From Paragordius varius (lineage: Eukaryota; Animalia; Nematomorpha), in contig OZ176050.1 in assembly GCA_964247055.1 (NCBI GenBank), positions 10,850,001 through 10,914,000 of the forward strand: 64,000 nucleotides of DNA. Reading direction: 5' to 3'. Positions 44,002-55,900 of this stretch are shown here, piece by piece; the stretch's first letter is position 1, and each line of letters starts with the position of its first letter. A program made the position numbers and the translations under genes. The notes under the pieces were generated by a model. It was not told the origin of the DNA and made no database searches. It saw nothing but the letters and a program-made list of their open reading frames with translations.

Positions 44002-45625
44002 ATTTATCTTATTTGTTCCTGTTTTGTATTGTTTCTGAGCAAGCTCTTTAGTAATCGTTCGTATACAAAATAATAATTAAAATCATTATAAAATTTATAT
44101 AATGTAAAAAAAATTATGTCTCATGCATATAAATTGGTAAAAACAAACGTTTATTTTAAGAAAAAATAAAATGATTAATTGTGTATGACAACCGCCCTTA
44201 TAAATGCAACAAAAATGTGTACTTAAAAGCCATTATTCAACACATTTGAAGGGTTGATAGATGGCCTCAAGGAAAATTGTGGTTTTTTATTACTGTTAAT
44301 TTCTCATAATATTTATTAATTACTTAACATTTTTCATCCAACTAATTATTTTAATATATGATTCAAACATTAATATTTATACTATTTGGCTTTTATAATT
44401 TACATCATTCACATTTATCTCATGCCAGTCCGATTCAAAACAAGAGGTCAAATTCGGAAAAAGTATATTAAATTAAAATATTTAGGGAAGCATAAATATA
44501 AATTTATCAGGTAAATAATGCTTATATATTAAATTTAGAATACATTGCCCAATTTCACGATAAACAGTAAGTTCCCAACATTTGTTTAATTATTAATATA
44601 TTCCTCTTTATCAATATAGAGGTGTCAAAAACAATAAAAGATCTGCCGAATATATTGATTTTTATACGCATCCAATCGATAACGCTTTATCAGTATGCAT
44701 TCAAAATATTATTTAATAATAATGAATTTCATTATATCTACTGTTTAAGAACAAATGTCTTTATTATATATAAAGTCAAACCTCTTTTAAAACATTAAAC
44801 GGTTTAAATTTCCTAAAAATTCTAAAATAATCGCACATTTACAATAAAAAGTCAAAACGGCTGATTTGTGTAAAAACATTTAGGCACTTAGGTTTTTAAT
44901 TATAGTTCAAATAGATTAATATGAAGGAACAAAAACTACAAATTGACTTTAAGTTTATTATATTTACAGTATCTAATTTTGCCTAAATATCATATAAACA
45001 CCAGTTATACATATTTATCGATATAAAATTATAATACACTTTTAAAAATTGATTTAACTTTCTAATACTGTTGCTTTTATGTTTAACTGGTTAGGATCAT
45101 GAACTATGCGGTACATCATTTGATTTGTAAAATACATTTGGGATATTATATAGAAACCATAAATTTTCTCCCTTTTGTAAAATTTAATTTTGAGGATACA
45201 AAATAGTTTTGGGCTGATATTAATTTTAATCATTATGCAGAATTGCTTCTCTAATTGTGACTATGATTTTGACAATGACGGAGACGATGAAGATGACAAT
45301 ACTAATAATTCCTATAAAATGTCAAATTTAACGAAGATTAAATCGATTCCTTATCTAATGAAACTTAAAGTAAGGGGTTAAATATTTTAAAAACCAATAA
45401 AAATTAATAACACAAAATTATTGAATATATAAATACGTGTGCGATTGAGACCGATGATTTTTTTCTTACCTTTGTTTCGAATGGGCCGCTTTTAAATATA
45501 GGCTTAATTAGATATAAAACATAAGACTTTAAACAAGCACAATATAACAATTTTTATAGTTTTTGCCAATTATATGGACTTAAAAAATTGTGTAATAAAT
45601 ATCCATTATTTTGTCAGCATGCAAA

Positions 45626-47627
45626 TTATGGAGTTCCAAATCTTTCGCGAGCCGCCATAAAATCTCCTAAAGCGTTTCGGGCACCCCTTTAAACCATGCT
45701 TCTTTTAATTTTTCTCTCCTTGTAACGGTTTTAAAAAATGTTTGTGTTAAAAAAATTTGGATATATCCTAGATTTTATAAAATGATGTAGTTTATTTATT
45801 TTATCTAATGCGATTTGTATATTAAAAAAGGCTGTTAGATCACAATACAACTATATTTCGATGGTTTAAATTCTAAGAACTGAAACGAGTTTGAATTTTT
45901 ACGATTGCTGTTGATTATCGAGCCAATATTTTTCCATAAATATGTCAGATAAATAGTAAAATATATTGAGTGCACTAATCGAAATCTGATTTAATAAAAT
46001 CTAGCAGTATATTTGAATTTACTATGTAAACTTTCAAAGAGTTTAAAAACACTGCGTTATTTTGCACGACTTCTAGTCACTATTTATTGACACAAATAAG
46101 TATTATATATTTTAACAATTTAGTGATCGATCGTTCGCGATACGATGACGAACGCCATTATTAAAGTTTTCAAATGGCTAGTTTAATATAGATTGAAGAG
46201 CAGTAAAGATATTGAGGCTACTCATTTATATTTGTTAGGATAAAATTGCACGAGAAAGGGCTTAAATAGCCCGGTCGTCTGCATAACGAAAATCTCAATT
46301 AAAGGTCTTTTATGCGTGTGCCAATGGGTGACAAAATACAATTGCTAATTAATGCGCTTCTTATATTTAATATAATATGAAATCAGACAACCACGTCTAC
46401 CCCCTTTTTATTCACAACCTTTGGCGCGCTTAAATTAACATTTAACTGCACTAATCTTCTTTAAGATAAATTGGTTATATATGCCAAAAGTGTATAATAC
46501 GTTATGCAAATAATATTGGTCAACTCACATATTTTTGGTTAATTGGTAATAAAGTGCGTGATATAAAGAAAAATTTGTCCCTACTTGTATAAAATTTATG
46601 TTTGTAAGATAGGAAAAATTAGTAATTTTAATTTGCAATTTATCCCATACACTACTGTATTGCCAACAAAAACCATGTGAATCGACCAACATTAATGTGT
46701 ATACTGTTATTATTTATACACACTATGGTTTTGTATCCAAAGCCATCAAGTCTCATTAACAGGATACTTACATTATCCGGTTCGTTGTATTTGCTGAAAA
46801 TAAAAATACGACTCTTTTAATTTATTTAATTCTTTTAAAAATGACTTATATAGATTTCAAACTTGGTCAATTAAACAGGCCATTTTTTTATTTTTATATT
46901 ATATGTACAAATAAACCTAAAAATTGTTTCATGGGATCATAATTCTATTTTAGCTGAATCATAAGTTTCATTGCAATTTGGTTGCGACCAGCTTATAGGG
47001 GTTGGTTATATTTTTTAACCATTTAAGTGGATTATATAAAAGCCCACCTCAAACTCATTAAATACATGCAGACTATGATTATTGAATAACTCATATTTAA
47101 AGAGCCATTGTGGAATTGTTTTTTTCAATCCAACATCCAATAGGCCAAACTATAATCACTTTTCACCCTTGTTTCTGAAAAAAATAATTACTTTTTATCA
47201 ATTTTTGATGATTTTCATAAATTTCATATTTATTACAGAATTCAGCCAATCTTAAAAAGAAGGATGAAGTTGGAAAAAATAATATATTAACCACACTATT
47301 ACCAAATGCTGGAACAACCTCAAAGAATGTTGTATACGTAATCAACTTTGTGACTCTTCCTGACATGTTAAATTCATCTGTTACATCTTTAAATTTTGCT
47401 AGGAAACCAAGTAAAAATATTTTCTTTCAATTATATATTATATGGTAAATATACAGCTTATAGTCTCTTTTTTTCTTTTTATAAAGGGTAAAATTTAAAT
47501 TGTATCCGGACTTGTCAAGGCAACACTCGCCTGCCCAGGGCTGACAGTGAAGATAAAAAAATTGCGTAGTTTCGGGGTTCGAACTCTGGCACGCAGTGTA
47601 AGAGTCCGGCGCCCTACTTACCATCAT
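45626..47627 (-). CDS. Putative multi-exon orphan gene; structure unresolved
   Basis: ATGATG|GTAAGT at 47627-47616. Open, splice-bounded segments read KFKDVTDEFNMSGRV..., FGLLDVGLKKTIPQWLFKY..., KYNEPDN, YFVTHWHTHKRPL... and RGARNALGDFMAARERFGTP*. The exon phases were not fully reconciled. Confidence 0.35.
47506..47620. ncRNA. GC-rich structured segment in the first putative intron of the orphan gene; unclassified
   Basis: Closing stem CCGGACTT (47506-47513) / GAGTCCGG (47602-47609). Internal stems TGCGT/ACGCA, AGGC/GCCT and GTCA/TGAC. B-box-like GTTCGAAC. Confidence 0.3.
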
Positions 47628-48642
47628 AAAAATATTGTGAAATCGTTTTATTTATTTATATAGTAAAATATGAAAAGGCTTAAGTTAAACAAAATTTAAA
47701 ATCAATTAAGTTGGCACATGGTGATCAAAAACTTTGCAATCGATAATTAATGATACCTGACTCCTTAGTACAACAGTATAACTATATTTTTGAATGTGGT
47801 GTGTTGGTTTTCCAAATTTTAAATTATATTTTGTGAAATATACCAGTCTATTATTGTTATAAAACATGGCGCATTGGGCCTAAATTATACATTCGTTATA
47901 TATTTTTTATTCACTCATATGCATTGAATAAAGGGTGGTAACGGGTTACAAAATAATTTACCAAAGTTGGTTTTATACGCAATCAATATTATTTTATAAT
48001 TACTGATTCAAAATTATTATGTAATAAAATAAATGCTTAAATATGGTAAATTTTACAATTCTGTCAATAATCACAGATTGCGATACATAAACTAATGATG
48101 AAAAAACATTTAAAATGTTTTTTTATAATGGGTTACGACAACAAAATTTGATAAAATCTTTCATTAAAAGGCTTCATTAGCAAAAGAACCAAAGATGAAT
48201 TTTATAAACTAAGTAATTGACAAATTATGGGATAAAAAATATTATTGCCAAATAAAATGTAAACTCAACCCTCTTCCAAAATATGAATTGATTATTAATA
48301 GTTATCTAATACACCGTTGAAAAAAACACGGTTATTATCGAAAAATAATCAAATATATGGAAACTTTTATATAGGCCAGGCATTGAATATTCAAATTTTT
48401 TATTGTCTAAAATTTACAATAAAATCGGGAAAAAACAATCTTCCATTTTAAAGTTTTTACAAAGCCTCGTGTTTACCACTGTTAAAGAGTTGTGTGGTAA
48501 ACCTATATTTATATTTTAAATAAAATGGATAACAGTATAATTGTACGGAAAATATAAAAAACAAATATTTTTCAAAAGACAACCATACCTTTTTAAACCT
48601 TAATTTTCACTATATAAATTATTTAATTACAATTGTAATATA

Positions 48643-48814
48643 CAGTGGCGTATGCAGTAAAAGATTGTTAGTGCAAAGTAATCTTAATGAGGGGGATATT
48701 ATGGATATATTTATAAATAGGACTGAATGATAATTAATATATGAAAATTGTCCCCCTGTTTTGTGTTCATTAAGATTACTTTGCACTAACAATCTTTTAC
48801 TGCATACGCCACTG
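48643..48814. mobile_element. 172-bp MITE with perfect 48-bp TIRs and TA flanks (Tc1/mariner-like target site)
   Basis: CAGTGGCGTATGCAGTAAAAGATTGTTAGTGCAAAGTAATCTTAATGA (48643-48690) is exactly inverted at 48767-48814. TA lies on both sides. Confidence 0.9.
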
Positions 48815-49946
48815 TATAAATAATTGATTCTGTTACCAATATACATATCTATTCCATAATTTGCAATTTTAAGCAATGATTTGTAAAAAGGTCAAGTTTT
48901 AAACAATATGGTTGTCCTTTAGAAAAAAATTTGTCTTTCCGTATATTAATATATCATTATTTTTTTGCGTTTACGGCCGCAACTGTTTCTTCAAATATCT
49001 TTGTTCCATAATGTTTTTAATTATACTTATATTGTTGGCTATAAATTTTATAATTTTTTTAGATTTGCATTCACCTTTAAGCCCAATAGCTCAATACTAT
49101 GTACCGTTCAACAGTACTGACATACCAGAGGAGAAAATAAAATATTAAGGGAGTGAGTGATAAGGCAAAATGAAATAATGTGATATCAAGACATTTTATA
49201 ATTTATTGATTATATAATAATAATATTAAATCAAACAATAAAATAATTTTCCATTCCATCATAGTATAGTATTAAGATATGTATAACATTATTATCATTA
49301 TCATGTTTATTTATATTTATTAAGAATTGGATGATAGGAGAAGAGAATAGACACATAGATATGCGATGCGTTGCGTACATCTTATATCATCAATTAATTT
49401 ATATATGGGGATTTTTAATTATATGGCAATTATATATATAAATTAGATAGATGTATTAAATAACGAATGTACGCACAATAGATAGATAGATAGTAAAGAA
49501 TTAAGAAGAAATACACATTGTTTTACATATTTTCTATGTAATTTGTCTTCTCTGTATTCAAAAACCCAAAACAAGCCAATGAAATGACAAACTCATGTTA
49601 TCAAAAACCAAAATTATATATTTGAATAACCATTGTCATGTTTTATGTAAGGTGTAGGTGTCCACGAAGTCAGGTAACTAAAGCAAACTAATGATAAATC
49701 AGATAAAACCAAACTTGAAAAATAAATAAATAGGGAAAATGTCGAGATAGAGATATGATTTACGAAATTTGGCAAATGAGGGATCTAGTTTTGAGGCACT
49801 CAAACTATGTTTCAATTATTAACCATTCATTGCTAAAATTAAGTGTAATTTTTAATAGTAAAAATGATTTTACATTAAACGGAAAATGCTTTAATAAAAT
49901 TTGAGAAAATTGTGTGCCAATAACATATTGGATTAATCCCACCATT

Positions 49947-52900
49947 TTAATTATGTTTTTCATATGAGGATGTACCAAAATTAAAACCAATGCCATCGGA
50001 TTTGGTATTATTCAAGAGTGTGGTATCTGACAAGGATTCGAATAAATTTGCATCTAATCCATTTTGTCTTAAATTTTGAAATGTTGAACCTATTTTAGTA
50101 AAAATTTTATCTATAAAATATAGGTAAGCTAGCTAAAATAAAAAATATATACAATCCCTCTTTTTATGCGACACATAATTCACTTACATTTTTATAAATA
50201 TTATTCATATTGTAATGACTAAAATCAATTAATTAATTTAACTTGATCGAGACTGAAAAACGCTTTTAATTTTTAAATCAAGTATTTTATGGCTAAATGG
50301 CCAAACATTAAAAAAAATTTGGCAGACGAATAAAAAAATAGGTCAAGAAAACTGCCAATCATAATTACCAACACGATCACGTATAAAAATAGGTAAAAAG
50401 GGTCAATTTCTGAAAAAAAGTCCGCGCAAAAAAAGGTTTGACTGTATATTTATTCAATAGTAGAGCAAAAAATACTTTGACTGGCTAGTAAAGCATTCAT
50501 TTTTATACCAGTGGCTGTGGATGCATTGTATCCGTTTATTTCTCCCGACAAAATTTTCATCATGAGAGCCGAATTGTTATTTAGTAAATCATTGGTAGTG
50601 CTTGAGTCAGCGCCACCACTGCCAATAAATTCATTTGGAAAATTTAATGTTCCATTATTATTTCCGTTCATTATAGGGGGATAATGATGCGAAAGGGGTA
50701 TTGATGAATGACCTCCTCCATTCACATTGTGTAACAACTGACCATCTAAGGCAGCTGACATGTTAAAAAGATGTTGATGATGATCCATTGATAAATCATT
50801 AAAATTGGGGCCGCCACCCAACCCAAAATTGTTTGACGGTAAATCATGGTGAGAGTGTCCAAGTGAGGGTGATATACCAGCAATATGTGGCGGTGGGATA
50901 ATTGGAGGGATGAGATTCATGAGAGGAGATGTAGGAAATAGGTTGTTATTATTATTGCTACTATTATGATGAATGTTAAATTTATGATCCGTGGGCATTA
51001 CCATGTTGTTGTGATGAAAATCATTATTGGGGTTGGTGCCTCCTTTGTAGAAATTTGCATCTATATTAATTCAAAATTGGTATAGCATGCGTGATAAAAT
51101 GCTTGTAGTTTATAAAATTATGTTATATTCTCCTCCAAAAAAGAATCACAATTTTTAAGAATTCTGAAAGCTTTCGGTCGCTTATAGATCAATCAAAGTT
51201 TTGCCGGCAAAAATATGCATATTTTTCAAAATTGGTTAACTGTTTTTACCAACCTAATTCCTAACAAAAGAAAATATTTATTAAATTACCAAAAAGGGGA
51301 TTATTCATATCCAATTCGGACATTGTCCCATTGTGTTGCGTACCGCCGTATGAACCAGTTTGTTGTTGCATCATAATCTTTTTTAGCATTGCGGTAAAAT
51401 TATCATTATTTTTAGTTATTTTGTTGCTTATATTAGTTGGAAAGTCAGTACCATTATTAACGAGGGGAATCGGTAACACACCAGGTAAATTAGCCATTTC
51501 ATTATTCGTGTTACTAGTGTAATCAATGTGTTTTTTACCACTATTATTGGGGTAAGAAGGCTGTCCCATCATCATATCTGAAAATGGCGTTTGAGAAAAT
51601 AGTGCACTCATATTTGAATTATTCACCTCATTTGGGTTTGGCTGATGAGAGTTATTACTATTAAGAAGAGCCATGATTTGCATAATTTGTTGATTGGTTA
51701 ATTTGTTGAAAATGTATTCATTACTGTGATTTGCTTTATTACCAAAAAGGCCAGTGTTATTTCTATTCACACTCCCTGTTTCAAGGGCCAATGCTTCAAA
51801 TTGTTGATTCATTCGTGCCATATCTAAATGTAATGGGGAGAAATAATGAAAAAACATGATATTATTACCATAGGGCGAAGTGAATAAAAATTGGACCCCT
51901 AGATAAAATTTTAGCTCTTTATAAAAAAGTTTACAATATAGTATAATGCAGCGCATTTATTGTTCACACTATTTAACAAAATCTCTTATCGAATTTTAAG
52001 TTTTAAAAACACCAATTTATATCCACCCAGGCCTTATCAATCATAAAACCTACCCGACATATGGGGTAAAAAACCGCCGGTTGCCGAAATCAACATTTCT
52101 TCTTCAGGGGAGAGGGACATGGTTGCATCATTCATACTGTTAAAGTGCTGTTGTTGAGTGTTCATATAATTAGTGGGGTAATATTTCATATTGGCGTTTT
52201 TATTACTATTTTTTGTTTGATTATTATTGGAGGTGTTGGTATTCTCCTTATTGGGATAAATAGTGTTATTAGCAGCTATTTGAATTAAATGTTCTTGTAA
52301 TTGCCCAAACAATGGAGAATCGGGTGGTAACATGTTACTTAGCGCATCTGAGTTAAAAAAAAGAATGAAAATAAAGATTTATTCTTTTTCAATGTTTGTA
52401 TTAATAACTGGAAAATTTTCCATTTTTTGAGATAAATAAACAATGAATATAATTTTTTGTTAATATATACTTAAAAAAGTGGGTGAAAGTTGTTTAGTGA
52501 ATTGAGGCGTCAAAAATGGATTGCGAGGTAAACCATTTTGATCATTGCCGGTGAAATGATTGTTTTGTAACATGGCTGCAGCGATTGACATTAAATTGGC
52601 TAAAATATACATAAATTTAAAAAATGTTCTTAAATTATAATATATTCAAATATTTTTGCCACAAAACTCGGAAAAGTGGGCATAAAACATAACACAGTGG
52701 AGATATAAGTAAGCAGTGTATATTTAAATTGATCAAAATAACTTGAAGTTTTATTCAAAAATAAATGAATCTAGAAAAATAAGTTTAGTCAATAAAAGTT
52801 TGGAAAGTGCGCCTTATTATATAGGTAAGAAAAATATCATGTTTATATATTAAAACCACAGATAATTTGTTTAAATAAATAAGGCGAGGCTCTAAAAAAG

Positions 52901-55900
52901 GAATCCACAGATGTATCCAAATATATTTTAATTTCTAAACAAATCATTCAACCTACATATAAACTAAGTAAAATCATATAGAAAATACCATTTTTGGGAA
53001 CACTTTTTGGCATATTTGTATTCGTTTGATTCTGTGCATTGGTTGCATGAAAATTCAGATTTGTAGAGGCTTCATTGTTGTTTAACAACAAATTTTTTAG
53101 CATTGCTTGATGTGCAGCGGCAACCGACATTTGATTTTTCGTGGGGTCTATGAAAAAATTATCCGTAGTCAATTCAGAATTAACGTTAAAATTATTGTAC
53201 ATATTAGCATTTTGTTGACTGTTTTGATTATTGTTGTATAAATGATTAAAATTAGGGGGTAAATGAATTTGGTTTGGAGATAGGTGGGAATATGGCATAC
53301 CAGGCATTATCACATTAGGGTCAATGTTAACACCATTTTTGTTTTCAGCATTTATTGGATTATATGACTCATCTCCGTTTCCCTGCAGGTGCTCTTTTTG
53401 ATTCGCCTTTTCGTCCAGCAATTTAGGTCCCAATTGTTGCGCAAGCATTGTAATAAGACCTTAAAATTGTTTTTAAACATTTAGCGAATAAATATAGTTA
53501 TGTTTTCACTAAAAAATAAAATCTTTTAATTATAAACTAAAAGTATGAAATAGTTTTTTAAAATATATTCACTTGGTTGTTCCAACAAAAGCGTAATCAA
53601 GGATTCGTTTGTTGGTTGCTGTCCAGTTTTGGTTGTGATAACTTTTTTCAAAAGTTCAATAATTTCAAACAACATTTTTGGAGACAATGGATTCGATGTG
53701 TTTTGCATAGACATAGATGCATCAACATTTTCGTTATTTTGATCTTTATATTGAAAATATATATATATTATGTGCGGATATTTTTGAAACTAAGCAATGC
53801 TTAAATAAAGTATAAAAACCCTAGGTTATAAAATGGGAATAAATTATATTTGTTTTACTAGGGTTGTTTGTGGTAGCGTTAAATGTTGAATTTGAGGCCG
53901 GATTTAGAGGTGATGGCTGATATTTCTCAATTTGTATTAATTCTTCAAGAGCTTTGGATGATTCATTCCAAGGATCAAAGCCTAAAATTTATCCATTAAT
54001 TTAGTCAATCATTAGAATGATTTTAATACGTATGGTATTAAAAATTAAAAAAAAATAACTAACTATTTGTCATTACTATAATCAAGTAAAAAATATAGTT
54101 AATTATTAATATTAAAGAGTTTAAATTTTTGTTTTTAAACGCATCTATATATTTATAAAAATGGAAAATGCTGGCTTTGTGATCTGGTACAGGAAAACCG
54201 GTAGACCCAATCAAATCCAAATATCGAAAAAATATAATCATTAATAAATGTCCCGACAATAGCTTCGCCCTTTTTTTGAAATAGGCTCCCAGTTCGGGCC
54301 CACCCCGTATGAAAAACGGGTTTTTTTTGAAAACAGAAGTCCACAAAATCGTGTTTTTGAGACAATTTTCCGGAGAACGTGTTGGACCATTCAATTTCAA
54401 ATATAATTTTTGTTTACTTATTTTCGATTGCGCCGAACATAGTCGAGCCACTTTTTTAATTTAGGCCCTCTTTTTACCCGCTCCCCCCGTAAAATGCCAT
54501 TTTTTTCAAAAAACAAAGTCCACAAAAATAATTTTCTAAATCGATTTTTCGCCCTAGGTAGGAGACCGTAAAAATTCAATAAAGATTCCACGTATTCCCT
54601 GTTAAAAGGCAAAAATTTTAGTCCACCGTTTATTTGATGATAGCTGCTGGGTAAGGAGCTACCCGCTAAAAACTGATTTTTCATATAACTTTGTGAACTG
54701 TTTCCGGAAAACCGGTGATCCCAATCAAATCCAAATATCGAAAAAATATAATCATTAATGAATGCCCCGACAATAGCTTCGCCCTTTTTTTGAAATAGGC
54801 TCCCAGTTCGGGCCCACCCCGTATGAAAAACGGGTTTTTTTTGAAAACAGAAGTCCACAAAATCGTGTTTTTGAGACAATTTTCCGGAGAACGTGTTGGA
54901 CCATTCAATTTCAAATATAATTTTTGTTTACTTATTTTCGATTGCGCCGAACATAGTCGAGCCACTTTTTTAATTTAGGCCCTCTTTTTACCCGCTCCCC
55001 CCGTAAAATGCCATTTTTTTCAAAAAACAAAGTCCACAAAAATAATTTTCTAAATCGATTTTTCGCCCTAGGTAGGAGACCGTAAAAATTCAATAAAGAT
55101 TCCACGTATTCCCTGTTAAAAGGCAAAAATTTTAGTCCACCGTTTATTTGATGATAGCTGCTGGGTAAGGAGCTACCCGCTAAAAACTGATTTTTCATAT
55201 AACTTTGTGAACTGTTTCCGGAAAACCGGTGATCCCAATCAAATCCAAATATCGAAAAAATATAATCATTAATGAATGCCCCGACAATAGCTTCGCCCTT
55301 TTTTGGAATTAGGTCCCCAGTTCGGGCCCACCCCGTGTGAAAATTGGGTTAAGTCAATTTTTTGGAGAACGTGTTGGACCATTCAATTTCAAATATGAAT
55401 TTTGTTTACTTATTTTCGATTGCGCCGAACATAGTCGAGCCACTTTTTTGATTTAGGCCCTCTTTTTACCCGCTCCCCCCGTAAAATGCCATTTTTTTCA
55501 AAAAACAAAGTCCACAAAAATAATTTTCTAAATCGATTTTTCGCCCTAGGTATGAGACCGTAAAAATTCAATAAAGATTCCACGTATTCCCTGTTAAAAG
55601 GCAAAAATTTTAGTCCACCGTTTATTTGATGATAGATGCTGAGTAAGGAGTATCTATCATATGCATAGCATGTTAAAAGATATATGGATATTAATACATT
55701 ATTTATCCTCATCTATATATTTATAAAAATGGAAAATGCTGGCTTTGTGATCTGGTACAGGAAAACCGGTAGACCCAATCAAATCCAAATATCGAAAAAA
55801 TATAATCATTAATAAATGTCCCGACAATAGCTTCGCCCTTTTTTTGAAATAGGCTCCCAGTTCGGGCCCACCCCGTATGAAAAACGGGTTTTTTTTGAAA

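Noticed and set aside
44230-45381. Small plus-strand gene(s) (…KRSAEYIDFYTHP…; MRIQNSFGL…)
   Set aside because: Several incompatible exon joins are possible and there is no recognisable homology; the 45190 ORF starts at TTG.
47540-47625. tRNA gene or U1 snRNA
   Set aside because: The T-arm and anticodon stems do not pair on either strand. ACTTACC is the reverse complement of a splice donor and is not followed by U1 structure.
48070-49148. Plus-strand gene ending DLHSPLSPIAQYYVPFNSTDIPEEKIKY*
   Set aside because: The terminal exon is plausible, but I could not assemble upstream exons or identify a family, so it is left uncalled.
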